Positions 24,671 through 38,746 are shown, numbered from the stretch's first letter. The stretch: DNA of 64,000 nt from Mobula hypostoma (GCF_963921235.1 NC_086109.1:34660001-34724000), one strand, 5' to 3'. Notes: generated from the sequence alone by a model not told the origin. Numbers and translations: made by a program.

Positions 24671-25551
24671 AATGATCCGCACCTCCTCCAGATTGTCTAA
24701 TTCTTAAATTTGGTTGGAATCCATCCAGATGGAGAAACACTGGTCAAAGCTACAAAGCAGAATCAATCAATAAATCTTTAATAGCTAATTGTCTTTAAAA
24801 AGTTCTATAGAAGCACAAGTCTGCTGTGTCCTTTAAGGCAATGTTACCCTCAATAATAAATCTTTGCATGTTCATTTCTTTTTAACTCCACTCAATTTGA
24901 AAAACAACTTGCCCTGCAGTCATTCAGACAGTTTATTTCCATGAGTGCAGACTTATGCTGTCAGCAACTACCCTTACAATATGTTCTAGTTTGCCCTGAA
25001 CAATTCTATAAGATTCAACAATCATATCCATGTTAATTGGATTGACTAAGTGCCTGAATGACTGTACTTCCTTTTTCAATTTTGCTCATTGTCAGTCCTT
25101 GAATTTGTCAGTTTTGTGAACTGACCCATGATCTTCAAGGAAATGTCTGTATTCAATTGCTCTGAATCAACACAAATACTTTGATAGGAAAAGCTCTGAG
25201 GTTAACAACATGTTGAATGGTTTGGTGAATGTATTTTACTCTTGTACTATCTAATGTTGATCACATTGAAAGGCTGTTGGAGACCAATCCTGACAAGTTT
25301 GAACCATAGTTGTTACTTCCGTGTTGATATGTCGTTCTTGTGGACAAAGAGATCACAGCTTTTCAGATAAAGAAACAGAGAGTTAAATTTTAACAGTTTA
25401 ATTTTAACTGTATGGTGTAAATATTTTCCATCCTGTTCAGGCCCATTTACTCCTCTACTCACTACTGTTTAAGAAGTCCCTTGTTTCCCCCGGCATGCTG
25501 CATGATGAAACGTCATTTTTTATGTGCAAAAATATGTTTTATCAGTGCAGA

Positions 25552-26630
25552 CATTTCACGCACATCTGCTCTCACTCCATCCTCCCGCTACCCCACTAGG
25601 AATAGGGTTCCCCTTGTCCTCACCTACCACCCCACCAGCCTCCGGGTCTAACATATAATTCTCCATAACTTCCGCCACCTCCAACGGGATCCCACCACTA
25701 AGCACATCTTTCCCTCCCCGCCTCCTGCTTTCCGCAGGGATCACTCCCTATGCAAATCCCTTGTCCATTCGGCCCCCCCATCCCTTCCCACCGATCTCCC
25801 TCCCGGCACTTATCCTTGTAAGCGGAACAAGTGCCCTTACACTTCCTCCCTCACTACCATTCAAGGCCCCAGACAATCCTTCCAGGTGAGGCAACACTTC
25901 ACCTGTGAGTCGGCTGGGGTGATATACTGCGTCCAGTGCTCCCGATGCGGCCTTCTATATATTGGCGAGACCCGACGCAGGCTGGGAGACTGTTTCGCTG
26001 AACACCTATGCTCTGTCCGCCAGAGAAAGTGGGATCTCCCAGTGGCCACACATTTTAATTCCATGTTCCATTCCCATTCTGATATGTCTATCCACGGCCT
26101 CCTCTACTGTCAAGATGAAGCCACACTTAGGTTGGAGGAACAACACCTTATATTCCGTCTGGGTAGCCTCTAACCTGATGGCATAAACATTGACTTCTCT
26201 AACTTCTGTTAATACCCCACCTCCCCTTTGTACCCCATCCCTTATTTATGTATGCATGTATGTATGTATTTATTTATTTATTTACTCTCTCTTTTTTCTG
26301 CCTCTGTCCCTCTCACTATAACTCCTTGCCCATCCCCTGGGTTCCCACCCCATTTCTTTCTCCCTAGGCCTCCAATCCCATGATCCTCTCCTTTCTCCAG
26401 CTCTGTATCCCTTTTGCCAATCAACTTTCCAGCTCTTGGCTCCATCCCTCCCCCTCCTGTCTTCTCCTATAATTTTGGATCTCCCCCTCCCCCTCCCACT
26501 TTCAAATCTCTTACTATCTCTTCTTTCAGTTAGTCCTGAAGAAGGGTCTCGGCCTGAAATGTCGACTGTACCTCTTCCTATAGATGCAGCCTGGCCTGCT
26601 GTGTTCACCAGCATTTTTTGTGTGTGTGGC
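25552..26630 (+). mobile_element. Penelope-like element, 5'-truncated
   Basis: Collinear with 20185-21250. GIY-YIG ORF 25886-26173 ends in a premature stop. Hammerhead at 26527-26568. No TSD found. Confidence 0.93.
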
Positions 26631-28179
26631 TCTGTTTAACACAGGTTTGCTTTTAGTTTAAAATATCCCTGCTCTATGTTTGACTATACACTTTAAATCA
26701 ACCATCAAGTCACTAATGTCCTGATTCTCCAGGGAGTCATTCACTTTCATTCCAGTGTCTACTGTTCATGCTGAACCAAGACCTCACGCATTAACTTTTC
26801 CTGCTTTCTTCCCTGTTGTTATTGTTGTTCTGTTACCAGCAATTAACCCAAAAGAAGAGAATAATCAGTTGAGACAGAACCCATACAAGACACAATTCTC
26901 AGAACCTTTTGCTATGTTTGTTAACTTTGATGTTGTGGCTTAGACTTAGTTGTTTTTCAGATTTGAAGGGATTGTTTTGTGGGCAGCACATGGAGTTAGA
27001 GGAGGAAATATAGTTTAGGAACAGGGATGAGGGGAGTTAGAGGTAAGGGACAGTAAATGAAGAGTCTGGGCAGGTGCCGGAGTCCAGGTCAGTGCACTTC
27101 GTGGTTGAATGCTAGTGATATCCATGGACAGATGGTGAGTCAGCAGGCACTGAGATATGGACCAGCATCCGTATGGTCAATGAGCGAGGTTGGCAAGCAC
27201 CATGAACAAAGGCCAGTAAACACTCCCCCCCTCCCCCAATAACAAGGTTGATGAGTCCTGAGATTGAAGGTCCTGGAGAGCCTGGAATTCAAAGCCTGAT
27301 GATCGGCAAGTCCTGGGGTCAATACAAAGGCTGAAGCCTGAAGGTTAAAGAGGACAAAGTTTGGAATTCGAGACCCAATGGTCAAAGCCCCTAGGACATC
27401 ATGACTAGTTGTCCCCTGGGATTGGTGGCCTGTCTGTGTGTGTGAGTGGGTGAATGGGTACGAGGGAGAAGAGGGGCTTATTTTGCTATTGTTATTGCTT
27501 GTGTTGTTCTGCTGAACATTGTAAGCACGCTATGTGGCTCTGGAATGTGTGGTGACACTTGTGGGTTGCCTGCTGCATGTTCTTAGTTTGCAGTAGTTGT
27601 TAACGCAAACAACATATTTCACTGTAGGTTTTGATTTACATGTGATAAATAAATAAATAAAATTAATTCTGAGATAACAGGCAGAATTCCAATAAAGTAT
27701 AAATGAGGTATTTTTCCCCCTTTTACATTGTAGCACCATTTTCTGATCTAAAATTTCATTCAATATTTATGTCCCTTTCAGGTACCTACACAAATGCATA
27801 TTATTTATTTTAATTATCTATAAAATGTTATGTGTGTAACATTACAAAAGTTAACTTATTATCAATGTACGTATGCATTATACAACTCTGAGATTCATCT
27901 TTTCCAGATAGCCATGAAACAAAGAAAACCATGGAAGTCATTCAAAGAAATACATCATCAAGCCCCACAGGGAAAAAAAACAAATCTCACAAACAGCAAC
28001 ATGATCATCAACACCCCACCCTTGTGAAAACAAATCATGCAAACATGAAATAGAATTTACCCAATATTTTGAAAGTTTTCTTTTTAAACAACAAGAACTT
28101 TTGAAGTTCAGTCTCCAAACCTTCCTCTCTGCAATTGATCCTTACCAATAGAATTTCAATTTCTGACCAATAGAGCACA

Positions 28180-29240
28180 GTCAGTAAGGATAAACAGCAA
28201 CAGTTGTGATAATTCTCAAGCTGGTGTTCTACAAGGTTGTGTTCTCATCTTTCTTCTCTACTCCCCTAATGCTCATGACTGCATGACCAGATTTCTATAA
28301 CTCCCATCTGCAGGTTGTAGATGAAACCACCTTAATAGACCGTATCTCAAATAAAGATAAATCAGCATACAGAAAGGAAAGAGAAAGAGCTTAGTAACAT
28401 AGTTTTGTGACAGCAAACTTTCCCTCTATATCAGCAAAACAAAAGAGCTGGTCATTGACTTCAGAAAGGAACTTCAGGAATGTTTCTGTTTTCATTAGTA
28501 GTACTGAGGTTAAGATAGGTGAAAGTTTCAGTTTCGTAGGGGTGAAAGTTTCAATTTCGTAGGAGTGAACATTACCAATAGCCTCCTCTGATCCAGCCAT
28601 CTGGACTCCACAGCCAAGAAAGCCCACCTATGGCTCTACTTCCTCAGGAGGCTAAAACAATTTGGCATGCCCCTATCAATCTTTACCAATTTTTATCAAT
28701 GCACCATAGAAAGCATTCAACCTAGATGAATCACAGCTTGCTATGGTAAATGCTCTGCCCATGACTGCAGGAAACCGCAGAGAGTTGTGGACACATCTTT
28801 GCACATCACAGACACTAGCCTTCCCTCCGTTAACTCTGTCAGTCCTTCTTTGCTCCCTTATTAAGGCAGCTAGCAGAATAAAAAATCCTCCTCCCCCTCC
28901 CCCACTTCCAACCCATAAATTCTCTCTTCTCCCCTCTCTCTTTGAGCCGAAAACACTAAAGACTAAAATCACACATCACTAGGCTCAAGGACAGCTTCTA
29001 CCCTGCTATTATAGGACAATTAAATGTTTCTTTAGTTTAATAAGTTGGACTCTTGACCTCACAATCTTTCCTGCAATAATATAAATTGAATTTACAGAAA
29101 ACTCTTCTTTGTGTTGAATGCAGCTGTTCCACTTTATTCTGCAGTCTGTTATCGTTTTACCTTGTGCTACCTCAATGAATTGTGTAATTAATTGATCTTT
29201 ATGAACAATATGCAAGACAAGCTTTTTACATGTAACTATA
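28180..29240 (+). mobile_element. Degraded Rex1/Babar LINE
   Basis: Remnants resembling G.PQGCVLS, F.D.TT and FY.C.IES, similar to 8819-10070. Confidence 0.75.
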
Positions 29241-29604
29241 ATAAACCAGTTCCGGTGGAACAAAAGATATGCAAGCCAAAAGGAACTGGAATGACTTGCA
29301 TTCAGTTGCTGATTCATCATGAGATCGATTAAGTTGAAATTTACATTTATAACACACACAAAGTATTAGATGAACATTCAGACATTTCAATGTCTTTGAA
29401 TTTGCCAGTCTGCCAAAGTGCAGTCTATTAAATGTTCTGTTCTACTGTCTTGAAACATACAACATAGTCAATTATGCAGTCGCTGCAACAGCTCGATTAA
29501 AAAAATAATATAGTCCATATATTAATGCATCAATTGTGTGAGGAAGTCAACTTCAATCAGTACTTAAAACATCATTGAACATCAATCTGAAAAGTATAGT
29601 GTCT

Positions 29605-32230
29605 AGATAGAGTCATAAAGTCATAGAAAAATAGAGCAAAGAAACAGGCCCTTTTTCCGTCTAGTCCATGCCAAACCATTAAAACTCCCTACTTCCATCG
29701 ACCTGCACCCAGACCATGGTCCTCCATACCCCACACACCGATGTACCTATCCAGACTTCTCTTAAATGTTGAACTCGAGCTTGCATGCACCACTTGCACT
29801 GGTAGCTCACTGCACACTCTCACAACCCCGAGTGGAAAAGTTTCCCCTCGTGCTCCCCTTAAACTTTCCACCTTTCATCCTTAGCTCACGAGTTCTAGTT
29901 GGAGTCCCACACAGCACCAGTGGAAAAACGTTAACACGAGGAATTCTGCAGATGCTGGAAATTCAAGCAACACACATCAAAGTTGCTGGTGAACGCAGCA
30001 GGCCAGGCAGCATCTCTAGGAAGAGGTACAGTCAACTTCTCGGGTCCCCCCTCCCCCTTTTCCTTCTCCCTGGGCCTCCTGTCCCATGATCCTCTCATAT
30101 CCCTTTTGCCAATCACCTGTCCAGCTCTTGGCTCCATCCCTCCCCCTCCTGTCTTCTCCTATCATTTTGGATCTCCCCCTCCCCCTCCCACTTTCAAATC
30201 TCTTACTAGCTCTTCCTTCAGTTCGTCCTGACGAAGGGTCTCGGCCTGAAACGTCAACTGTACCTCTTCCTAGAGATGCTGCCTGGCCTGCTGCGTTCAC
30301 CAGCAACTTTGATATGTGTTACCAGTGGAAAAAGCCTGCTTGCATTTACCCAATTTATGCCCCTCATAATTTTGTATACCTCTATTAAATCTCCTCTCAA
30401 TCTTCTATATTCCAAGGACTAAAGTCCTAATCTAATCAATCTTTCCATATACCTCAGGTCCCCCAGGCTAGGCAACATCCTTGTAAATTTTCTCTGTACT
30501 CTTCCAATCTTATTTACATCTTTTCTGTAGGTAGATGACCAATACTCCAAAGTAGGCCTTGAAAAGGTCTAATATAACTTCAACATGAAATTCCATCTCC
30601 TGCATTCAATCCTTTGATTTTTGGAGGCCAATGTACCAAAAGCTTTCTTTACGTCTCTATCAATCTGTGATGCCATTTTCAATGAATTATGGACTGTATT
30701 CCCAGATTCCTTTGTTCTACCACATTCCCTAGAGCCTACCATTCACCGTGTAAGAGTTATCCTGGTTGGTTCTACTGAAGAGCAACATCTCACACGTGTC
30801 TGCATTAAATTCCATCTGCCGTTTTTCAGCACATTTTTTCAGCTGGCCCAGATCCCACTGCAAGCCATGATAGTCTTCCTCGCTGTCCACTTCACTCCCA
30901 GTCTTAGTGTCATCCGCAAGTTTGCTGATCCAGCTAACCCCATGATTATCCAGATCATTGATGTAGATGACAAACAACAACAGATCAGCATGGATCCCTG
31001 AGGCACTCCACTAGTCACAAGCCTCCGGTCAGAGAGACAACTATCTAGTACAACTCTTTGTTTCTCCCACAAACCCAATGAATAATCCAATTTGCTACCT
31101 CATCTTGAATGCCGAACTACTGAACCTTCTTCATCAGCTTCCCATGTGGGACCTTGTCAAATGCCTTGCTAAACTTCATGTAGACAACCTAAATCGCCTT
31201 GCTTTCATCAACTTTCCTGGTAACTTCCTCGAAAAACTGTAAGATTGGTTGGACATGACTTCCATGCACAAAGCCATGCTGACTATCCCTAATCAGTCTA
31301 TTTCTAGCCAAATATTCATATATCTAATCCCTTAGTATATCACTTACTATTGATGTCAGGCTCATTGGTGTATAATTTCCTGGTTTGTTTTTAGAGCCTT
31401 TCTTAAACAGCAGAACACCATTAGCTATCCTCCAGTACTCCAGTACCTATCCTAAGGATGTTTTAAATATCTCTGCTAAGGCCCCTGCAATTTCTGCACT
31501 TACCTCCCATGGGATCTAAGGAAACACCTTGTCAGGCCTCGGGGATTTACCCACTCTAATTTGCTACAAGACAGCAAACACCTCCTCTGTAATCTGTGTC
31601 GGGTTCATAACTTTGATGCTGCTTTGCCTCACTTCTATAGACTCTGTGTCCATCTCCTGAGTAAATACAGGTGCAAAAAATCCATCTAAGATCTCCCCCA
31701 TTTCTTTTGGCTCCACACATAGATTACCATTCTGATCTTCCAGAGGACCAATTTTGTCCTTTGCATTCCTTTTGCTCTTAACATATCTATAGATAGAATC
31801 CCTTAGGATTCACCTTCACCCTGTCTGCTTGGGAAACCTCATGTCTTCTTTGTACCTTCTTCAATATTCTCTTGCATTTCTTATGCTTCATACGTATCTC
31901 ATTTGTTCCTACCTGCCTATACCTGCTATGTACCTCCTTTTTTTCCTTAACCAGGGCCTCAATATCTCTTGAAATTCAAGATTCTCTAAACCTATTATCT
32001 TTATCTTTTATTGTGAGAGGAACTTGCAAGATTTGTACTCTCAAAATGTCACCTTTAAAGGTCTCCCATTTATCAAGTAAACATTTTTCAGAAAACAGCC
32101 TGTCCCAGTTCACACTTGCCATAATCTCTCCAATACCATCAAAATTGGCCTTTCTTCAATTTATAATCTCAACCCATGGACCAGACTACCCCTTATTTAA
32201 TATGAAACTAATGACATTATGATAACTAGA
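29605..32230 (-). mobile_element. CR1 LINE ORF2 and 3' end, degraded, interrupted by a Penelope insertion
   Basis: [11 protein letters not shown] and LFVIYINDLD...ISKLADDTK; tail CATAAAGTCATAG near 29614. Confidence 0.9.
29929..30320. mobile_element. Short inverted Penelope 3'-repeat insertion (hammerhead at 30219-30260, + strand)
   Basis: A minus arm (29929 to about 30033) is joined to a plus arm (about 30037-30320). 13-bp TSD ACCAGTGGAAAAA at 29916-29928 and 30321-30333. Confidence 0.93.
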
Positions 32231-32419
32231 TATTGGGAGCTGGATATCCATCATCCAGTGAAAAACACTGATCTAGCAACTGTTAAAAAGCAAGGACTTA
32301 TGGAATGTGAAGCTTAACTCCGTCTTCATTTTAATGAGAACATTAGGGAATAGCATCCAATGAGAATAACATGTTAACCTTTGAATATTTAATACTACCA
32401 CAGGAAATCTGTTCTTGTC

Positions 32420-32477
32420 TGTGTATGTATATGTATATAAATATATATAGATAGATACATATAGATAGATACATACA
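32420..32477. repeat. TA/GATA microsatellite
   Basis: GTGTATGTATATGTATATAAATATATATAGATAGATACATATAGATAGATACATAC. Confidence 0.8.
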
Positions 32478-33619
32478 CTTTTGGAACAAGGTTATTGTTG
32501 ACAATATTAGACATTATTGTCCATCCATCCCTAATTATTCTTAACCAGTCATGGTGAGCTGCCTTCTCAAACCATTACCATCGGTGTATTGTATGAATTC
32601 CAGCAATTGGATAAAGAGTTCCAGGGTTTTGACCAACTATGTTTGATGATTATTTCCAATTCAGAATGGTTTTGGAAAGAAACAAAACTTGCCAATACTC
32701 CTATGTACCTGCTGTCCTTGACATTCCTAACAATTAATGTTGCTGCAGTGTAGCTTCCTGATCGAACCTACAGTAATCTGAGTATGGCAAAGATGGAACG
32801 AGTGAATGTTGAAGATGAACATATTATGCATTGGATATATTGGTTTATTATTGTCACATGTACCAAGATACAGTGAAAAGCTTGTCTTGCATTCTATTTA
32901 TATACAGTGATCAAAACATTACCTAGTGCTACACTTGACAGCCACTTGACAGCCATGCTCCTCACTGACACCTCCCAGCCTGAACATGTAGGCACTTTCC
33001 AGTCTTCACCTAACTAATAGGATTCACATGGTGCTCATTCTAGTCTCATCATAGGCAGCTAATTTAACCCCAATTCTTAGCCAAAGTCCTTGTTCACTTA
33101 TCAAACCAGCTATTCTGATGGCCCAGCATGATTGCAGATGTACATCAGTTCACTGCAGACTGTCTCAGTGTGCCTGGTCCAATTCCTCCAACCAATGGCT
33201 GTCTGGAGTCCTGCAGACCATACTGGTCCCACATTACCATGGACTTCATCAGGAGTTTGCCACCTTCTGATGGTTATTTATGACATTGCTCGACTAGTTT
33301 TCCATAGCGGCCCAATTCTTTACCCTCTCCAAGCCTCTGTCACATGCTGAGATGGTGGACCTGGTTCTCCAACATATAGTTCACCTGAGGCTTCCCTCAG
33401 GACATACTGTTGGACTGGGCCCACAATTCATCTCTGCTTCAGGTAAGCCTTCTGTTCCCTCCTTCGCACCTCAGTGAGTTTGCCCTCTGTCCTCCACAGA
33501 CCAATTGTCAGTTAGAAAGGGCCAATCAGCAAGTGGAGAATTTTTTGCGATGCTTTTCCACCCCTAACCCTTTAGCGTAGAAGAGGTATCTGCTCTGGGC
33601 TGAGCCGTGCAGCTCCAAT

Positions 33620-34603
33620 ACCTTATTTAAATTTGCCGATGATACCACTGTTGCTCGTCAAATCAAAGGTGGCGATGGATCAGTATAAAGGAGGGAGATT
33701 AAAAATCTGGTCCAGTGGTTCCATCGCATCAACCTTCCACTCTTTACATCCGAAAAATAAGGAGCTGGTTATTGAACACAGGAGGAGAAAAACAGTGGTC
33801 TGTGAACCAGTCCTCTTTAGGGGATCAGAGGTAGAGAGTAACTTTAAATTCCTTTGTGTTATCATTTCAGAGGATCTGTCCTGGGACCAGCCTGGAAGTG
33901 CCAATACAAAGAAGGGACGGTAGTGCCTCTACACTCACAGAAGTTTGAGTGGATTTGGAATGCCACTTAAAACCTTGACGAACTTCTGTAGATGCGCAAT
34001 GGAGAGTATCCTGACTGTTTGCATCACAGCCTGGTATGGAAACACCAATGCCCTAGAATGGAAACGCCTGCAATAGGTTGTGGATACAGCCCATACCATC
34101 CCAGTAAAAGGCCTCCCCACCATTGAACACATCTAGAAGGAGTACTGTACGAGAAAGCAGCATCCATCATCAAGGATCCCACCATCTAAGTCATGCTCTC
34201 TTCTTGCCACTGCCAGCGGGAAGAAGATATAGGAGCCACAGGTTCCACACCACTATGTTCAGCAAGAAATATTACCCTCCAACCATTTGGCTTCTGAGCC
34301 AGCGCGAATAACTCCACGCAACTTTGAACTGATTCTGCAACCTATGGACTCACTTTCAAGGGCTCTTTATCTCATGCTCCCAGTATTATCTATCTATCTA
34401 TCTATTTGTATTTTATTTGTTTTTTTCCATTTACATAGTTTATCTTCTTTTGCACACGAGTTTGCAGTCTTTGCTCTGTGTAATTTGTCATTGACTTTGT
34501 TGTATTTCTTTGTTCTTCTGAGAATACCTGCAAGAAAATGAATCTCAGTGTGGTATATGGTGACACATATGTAATTTTACTAAAAATTTACTTTTACTTT
34601 GAA
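33620..34603 (+). mobile_element. Rex1/Babar LINE 3' portion
   Basis: AAATTTGCCGATGATACC (KFADDT), NFKFLCVIISEDLSW and ESILTVCITAWYG. Confidence 0.88.
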
Positions 34604-36106
34604 CTAATGTGTAAACATTACCGAAAACGTACTGTGCAGATCAGCGATAAAGTGCAAGATCATAGTGAGAGAGATTGTGAGGCTAAAAGTCCATTTTATT
34701 GCACAAGAGGTCCATTCAAAAGTCTGATAACAGTGGGATAGAAGCTCTCCTTGAGCCTCATGATATGTGATTTCTGTCTGATGGGAGAGGTGAGAAGAGA
34801 GAATGTCGCAGGTTGGTGGGGTTATGCTAATCGCTTTACTGAGGCAGTGAGAAGTATACTGTAGAGAGTCCATAGAGGACAGGTTGGATCCTGTGATGTG
34901 CTGATATGTGATCCAAACAATGTGGTTCAAATCAGGCTGGCTATTTTGCCTTGAGCAGCATCAAGCCTTGTGAACGTTTTTGGAGCATTACACTTCCAAT
35001 CAAGTGGAGGATATTCTATCACAATCTTGATTGTGCTTTGCTGATGATGGCAAGGCTTTAGAGAAGTGAGACATAACAATATGCTACTACATGATTTCCT
35101 AACTCAGTGATCTTTCCTTCAATACATTGTTGCTGTGAAAAGAGGCTACTTTTGTTACTAGGCAATTTTCATTGCAAAGCTGAATATTCGTCCTCAGGCA
35201 GACATGGAAAGACTCACTGTTAAGAGTTGAAAAAGAAATGAACAGAGTGCACTATCAGCAAACTTTCCCTCACACTTGGTCTGGGCACATTGCTCCCTTA
35301 GGGATTACATATTGAATTCAATAACTGGCTTCATCAACAGCTTATTACCACACTAATGCTGACTCTACTCTATCAAAGATATTCTATTTTGTCCTATCTG
35401 CCTGCCTCCTACCCTCTCTGCAGCTTAAAAATACCTTGTTTTCTCTCTTCCCTAAACTTTTCTTCCTACAAATAGCACCTGACCTTTATTCTCTCCAGCA
35501 TTTTCTGTTTCTATGTCAAGGAATTAATAGCTCTGGTTTATGGAGGGTGTTCTCACATTGGTGTTCTTGTTATGGCAACGGGAACCTGCAGAGACAAGCT
35601 TAACCACTATTCTAGGGCCGCAGGTACATTTGTGAAGATGGTGTCAGATAATTGCTTCCTTTGTTTTTATCCCCTATTCCCTTATCCTGTAGAAGGGTCT
35701 TGGCCCAAAACGTTGACTATTTATCCATTTTCATCGATGCCTTCTGACCTGCTGAGTTTCTCCAGCATTTTGTATGTGTCGTTTTGGATTTCCAGAGTCT
35801 GCAGACTGTCTCGTCAGACTGTTTCTCAAATAGAAACTACTTGGAGTCAGGGCATCCAGTGGTTTTGCCTCCTTATTATTACTATCATATAAGGTGAAGC
35901 TGCCCTGCAAAAACCGTGAAAATCTGGAACATTTGCCATGATTGTAATCGTACCTGATTGCTGCCTGGATCGCTTCCATGACAATTCTTTCCCTATGGGA
36001 GAAGTTCATGAATGTTTATGAGGAGCACTGTCCGGAATCGTCCAGCTTGAAATGTTTTTGTTGTGCCTAAATTTGCAGTGAGCCAAATGTTCTGTTATTA
36101 TTCCCT

Positions 36107-36507
36107 CAACAACAGGAATTCTGCAGATGCTGGAAATTCAAGCAACACACATCAAAGTTGCTGGTGAACGCAGCAGGCCAGGCAGCATCTCTAGGAAGAG
36201 GTACAGTCGCCTTGCCCATCCTCTGGTTCCCCCCCCCCACCCTTGTCTTTCTCCCCCGACCTCCTGTCCCATGATCCTCTTGTCTCCCCTTTGCCAATCA
36301 CCTGTCCAGCTCTTGGCTCCATCCCTCCCCCTCCTGTCTTCTCCTATCATTTTGGATCTCCCCCTCTCCCTCCAACTTTCAAATCTCTTACTAACTCTTC
36401 CTTCAGTTAGTCCTGACGAAGGGTCTCGGCCTGAAACGTTGACTGTACCTCTTCCTAGAAATGCTGCCTGGCCTGCTGCGTTCGCCAGCAACTTTGATGT
36501 GTGTTGC
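36107..36507. mobile_element. Short inverted Penelope 3'-repeat insertion (hammerhead at 36404-36445, + strand)
   Basis: A minus arm (36107-36209) is joined to a plus arm (36210-36507). 12-bp TSD TTATTATTCCCT at 36095-36106 and 36508-36519. Confidence 0.93.
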
Positions 36508-36724
36508 TTATTATTCCCTTTCTTTATTTTTGGTAGTGGTTTAGTGATTTGTCCCCAGAACCATTTCAGAAGTCAACTAAGAGTTGAGCACAATGTTGTG
36601 AGTTTAAGCAAGGTCAACAGATTTCTTCCCTTAGGGCATCATGGACCAGATGGATTTATAGACAATCAAATCATTTCATGGAGACTGGCACTGATACCAG
36701 TTATTTATTTGATTACTTGTTTTA

Positions 36725-36970
36725 ATTTAGAGATTCATCACAGTAACAGGCCCTTCTGGCCCAATAAGCCTGTATCATCCAATTACATCCATGTAACCAA
36801 TTAACCTACTAACCCATTAACCTTTGGAATGGGGGAGAGAGAGCACCAGGAGGAAGCCCACATGGTTGTGGTGAGATTGTACAAACTATTTACAGATAGC
36901 AGTGCAATCGAACCTCTTTCCTTTTGCACTGTAATTATGTTATCGCAACTGCTTTGCAATCGTGCCGGCC
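36725..36970 (-). mobile_element. CORE-type SINE, degenerate
   Basis: Reverse-strand SINE hallmarks CAGGCCCTTCTGGCCCA...CTTTGGAATG...GAGCACCAGGAGGAAGCCCA. Confidence 0.6.
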
Positions 36971-38089
36971 CTGCTTCATTGGAGGGATTTGAATTCATGT
37001 TTCTGAATCACTGTGTTTTGTAATTCTCCAACACAATCAAATATTAGCATTCAATTATTTTGCATGTGTGCAAGCACAATTCAAGAAGCAAAATTCCCCA
37101 GACAGGATATAGCATGAAACAAAGACTTTGCCATATTTTCCCTGAAGAATTACAAGTAAATTAGTTTGGTTTATATCAAAGGGAAACAAAAAAATGTTCT
37201 AGTTTTATCATGTGGCCTCAAATCACACTATATGTAGATGGACCATAATTACAAACATTATCAACATGGATCTGAGAGCAGAAAATTAGTTTCATAACAG
37301 CTGTCTCAGAACATGAGTATTTTCTGTTATTTTAGCATTAATTGTCAGTACTGTAATCTCATTTAAAACCTGTGCTGGTTTTGTTATCACTCTTTCATGG
37401 ATAGAGTGTGACTGAAAAGATAATATCTACCATCAGTATGTTATTCCTAAAACGAGGAACAGGAGTGCACAGATAATTCGACGACCATGTTTAAGAACAA
37501 AATTTATTTTCAATGAAAGTTTGATTGAAAAAGGATCGTTGTTTTTTATTGTAGCCGATAGCTCTAAATCTCATATAATATTTGATGACTTATCTAACTT
37601 GACTGAGTTTCAACAACTTCCAGGTGGTTTACTTTTGGGAATAAAACAGAAAATGCTGGAGATACATAGCAGGTCAGGTAGCAAAAAATTGGAAAGAAAA
37701 ACAGATTTGAGGCTACAATCAATGTCCATTAATTTAAACTGAAAACACAAGAAAATAGACATATTTTGGATTACAGAGGGAAGTAAGGATGGAAAGAACA
37801 GAGAAATGTATGTGATAGGATAGACACCAAGTTTATTTAGGTAACACAATTGCTTTCAGAACCATTTAGTTTTATCAAATCAAATCAAGTGTAATTGTCA
37901 TTCAAGCCGTATAGAGAGACAGCTGAATGAGACAGTTTTCCTCTGGGGCCGAGGTGCAGAGCATTCAAAATAGCAATAACATTCAAAATAGTGAGTAACA
38001 TAATTCAAAATAGCGAGCAAAGAAGCATATTCACTCAGAAAAAATCGTATATATAGTTCAAGATCCTGAGCGACAATGTCTGGCAGTGA

Positions 38090-38455
38090 ATGGTACAGTC
38101 TCCCAGCAGTGTGCAGATGCACGCAATTTACAAGGGTAGGTGTTTAAAAAGGGCCCATAGGATCAATGGGGACCCAAGCCATCCCAAGCACAGTCTATTC
38201 CAGCTGCTACCATCTGGGAAGTGGTACCACAGTATAAAAGCCAGGACCAACAGGCTCCAGGACAGCTTCTTCCACCAGGTCATCAGACAAATGAATTGTC
38301 GCTGTCTTGAGTGAACTCTATATTACATTGACTGTTCTGTTTATTATAAATTACTATGATTGCACATTGTACATTTATATAGAGACGTAACGTAAAGATT
38401 TTTACTCCTCATGTGTGTGGAGGATGTAAGAAATAAAGTGAATTCAATTCAATTC
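38090..38455 (+). mobile_element. Rex1/Babar LINE 3' end
   Basis: DPSHPKHSLFQLLPSGKWY.SIKARTNRLQDSFF; AATAAA followed by an (AATTC)n tail. Confidence 0.85.
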
Positions 38456-38692
38456 ACTTTAATCTAGCCTGCCATTCCATTGCTTGGACACTGGAGGGCA
38501 GCACTGACAGGTGAGGCCAGGCCCCAGCCGAGGTCAGATATCACGCAAAAAGTTTCTGCGTCTTCTCACCTGGTCTGCAGCAGCAAGCAAGCACGAGGCT
38601 TGAGGCCTAGTCCTTGCTACAGCTGAGGCTGCACAGCTCCCAAGTTGTCTGTCCCTCCACCAGACATGGGTAACAGGCCTGCAGCAACTTAC

Positions 38693-38746
38693 ATTATCAA
38701 TGTCTAGCAGAGTCTTGCGATCAGAAGTGAAATAATCATTTCCCAT
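38693..38746 (-). CDS. Candidate 54-nt internal coding exon of an unidentified host gene (MGNDYFTSDRKTLLDIDN)
   Basis: Minus strand reads ctttacttacaccagtcctgacAG|ATG...AAT|GTAAGT. Only one frame is open, phase 0-0, in non-repetitive sequence. No homology recognised. Confidence 0.3.

Noticed and set aside
36127..36804. 225-aa ORF as a novel gene
   Set aside because: It is a chance read-through across the non-coding Penelope 3' repeats into flanking DNA. The same peptide pieces recur at every copy.
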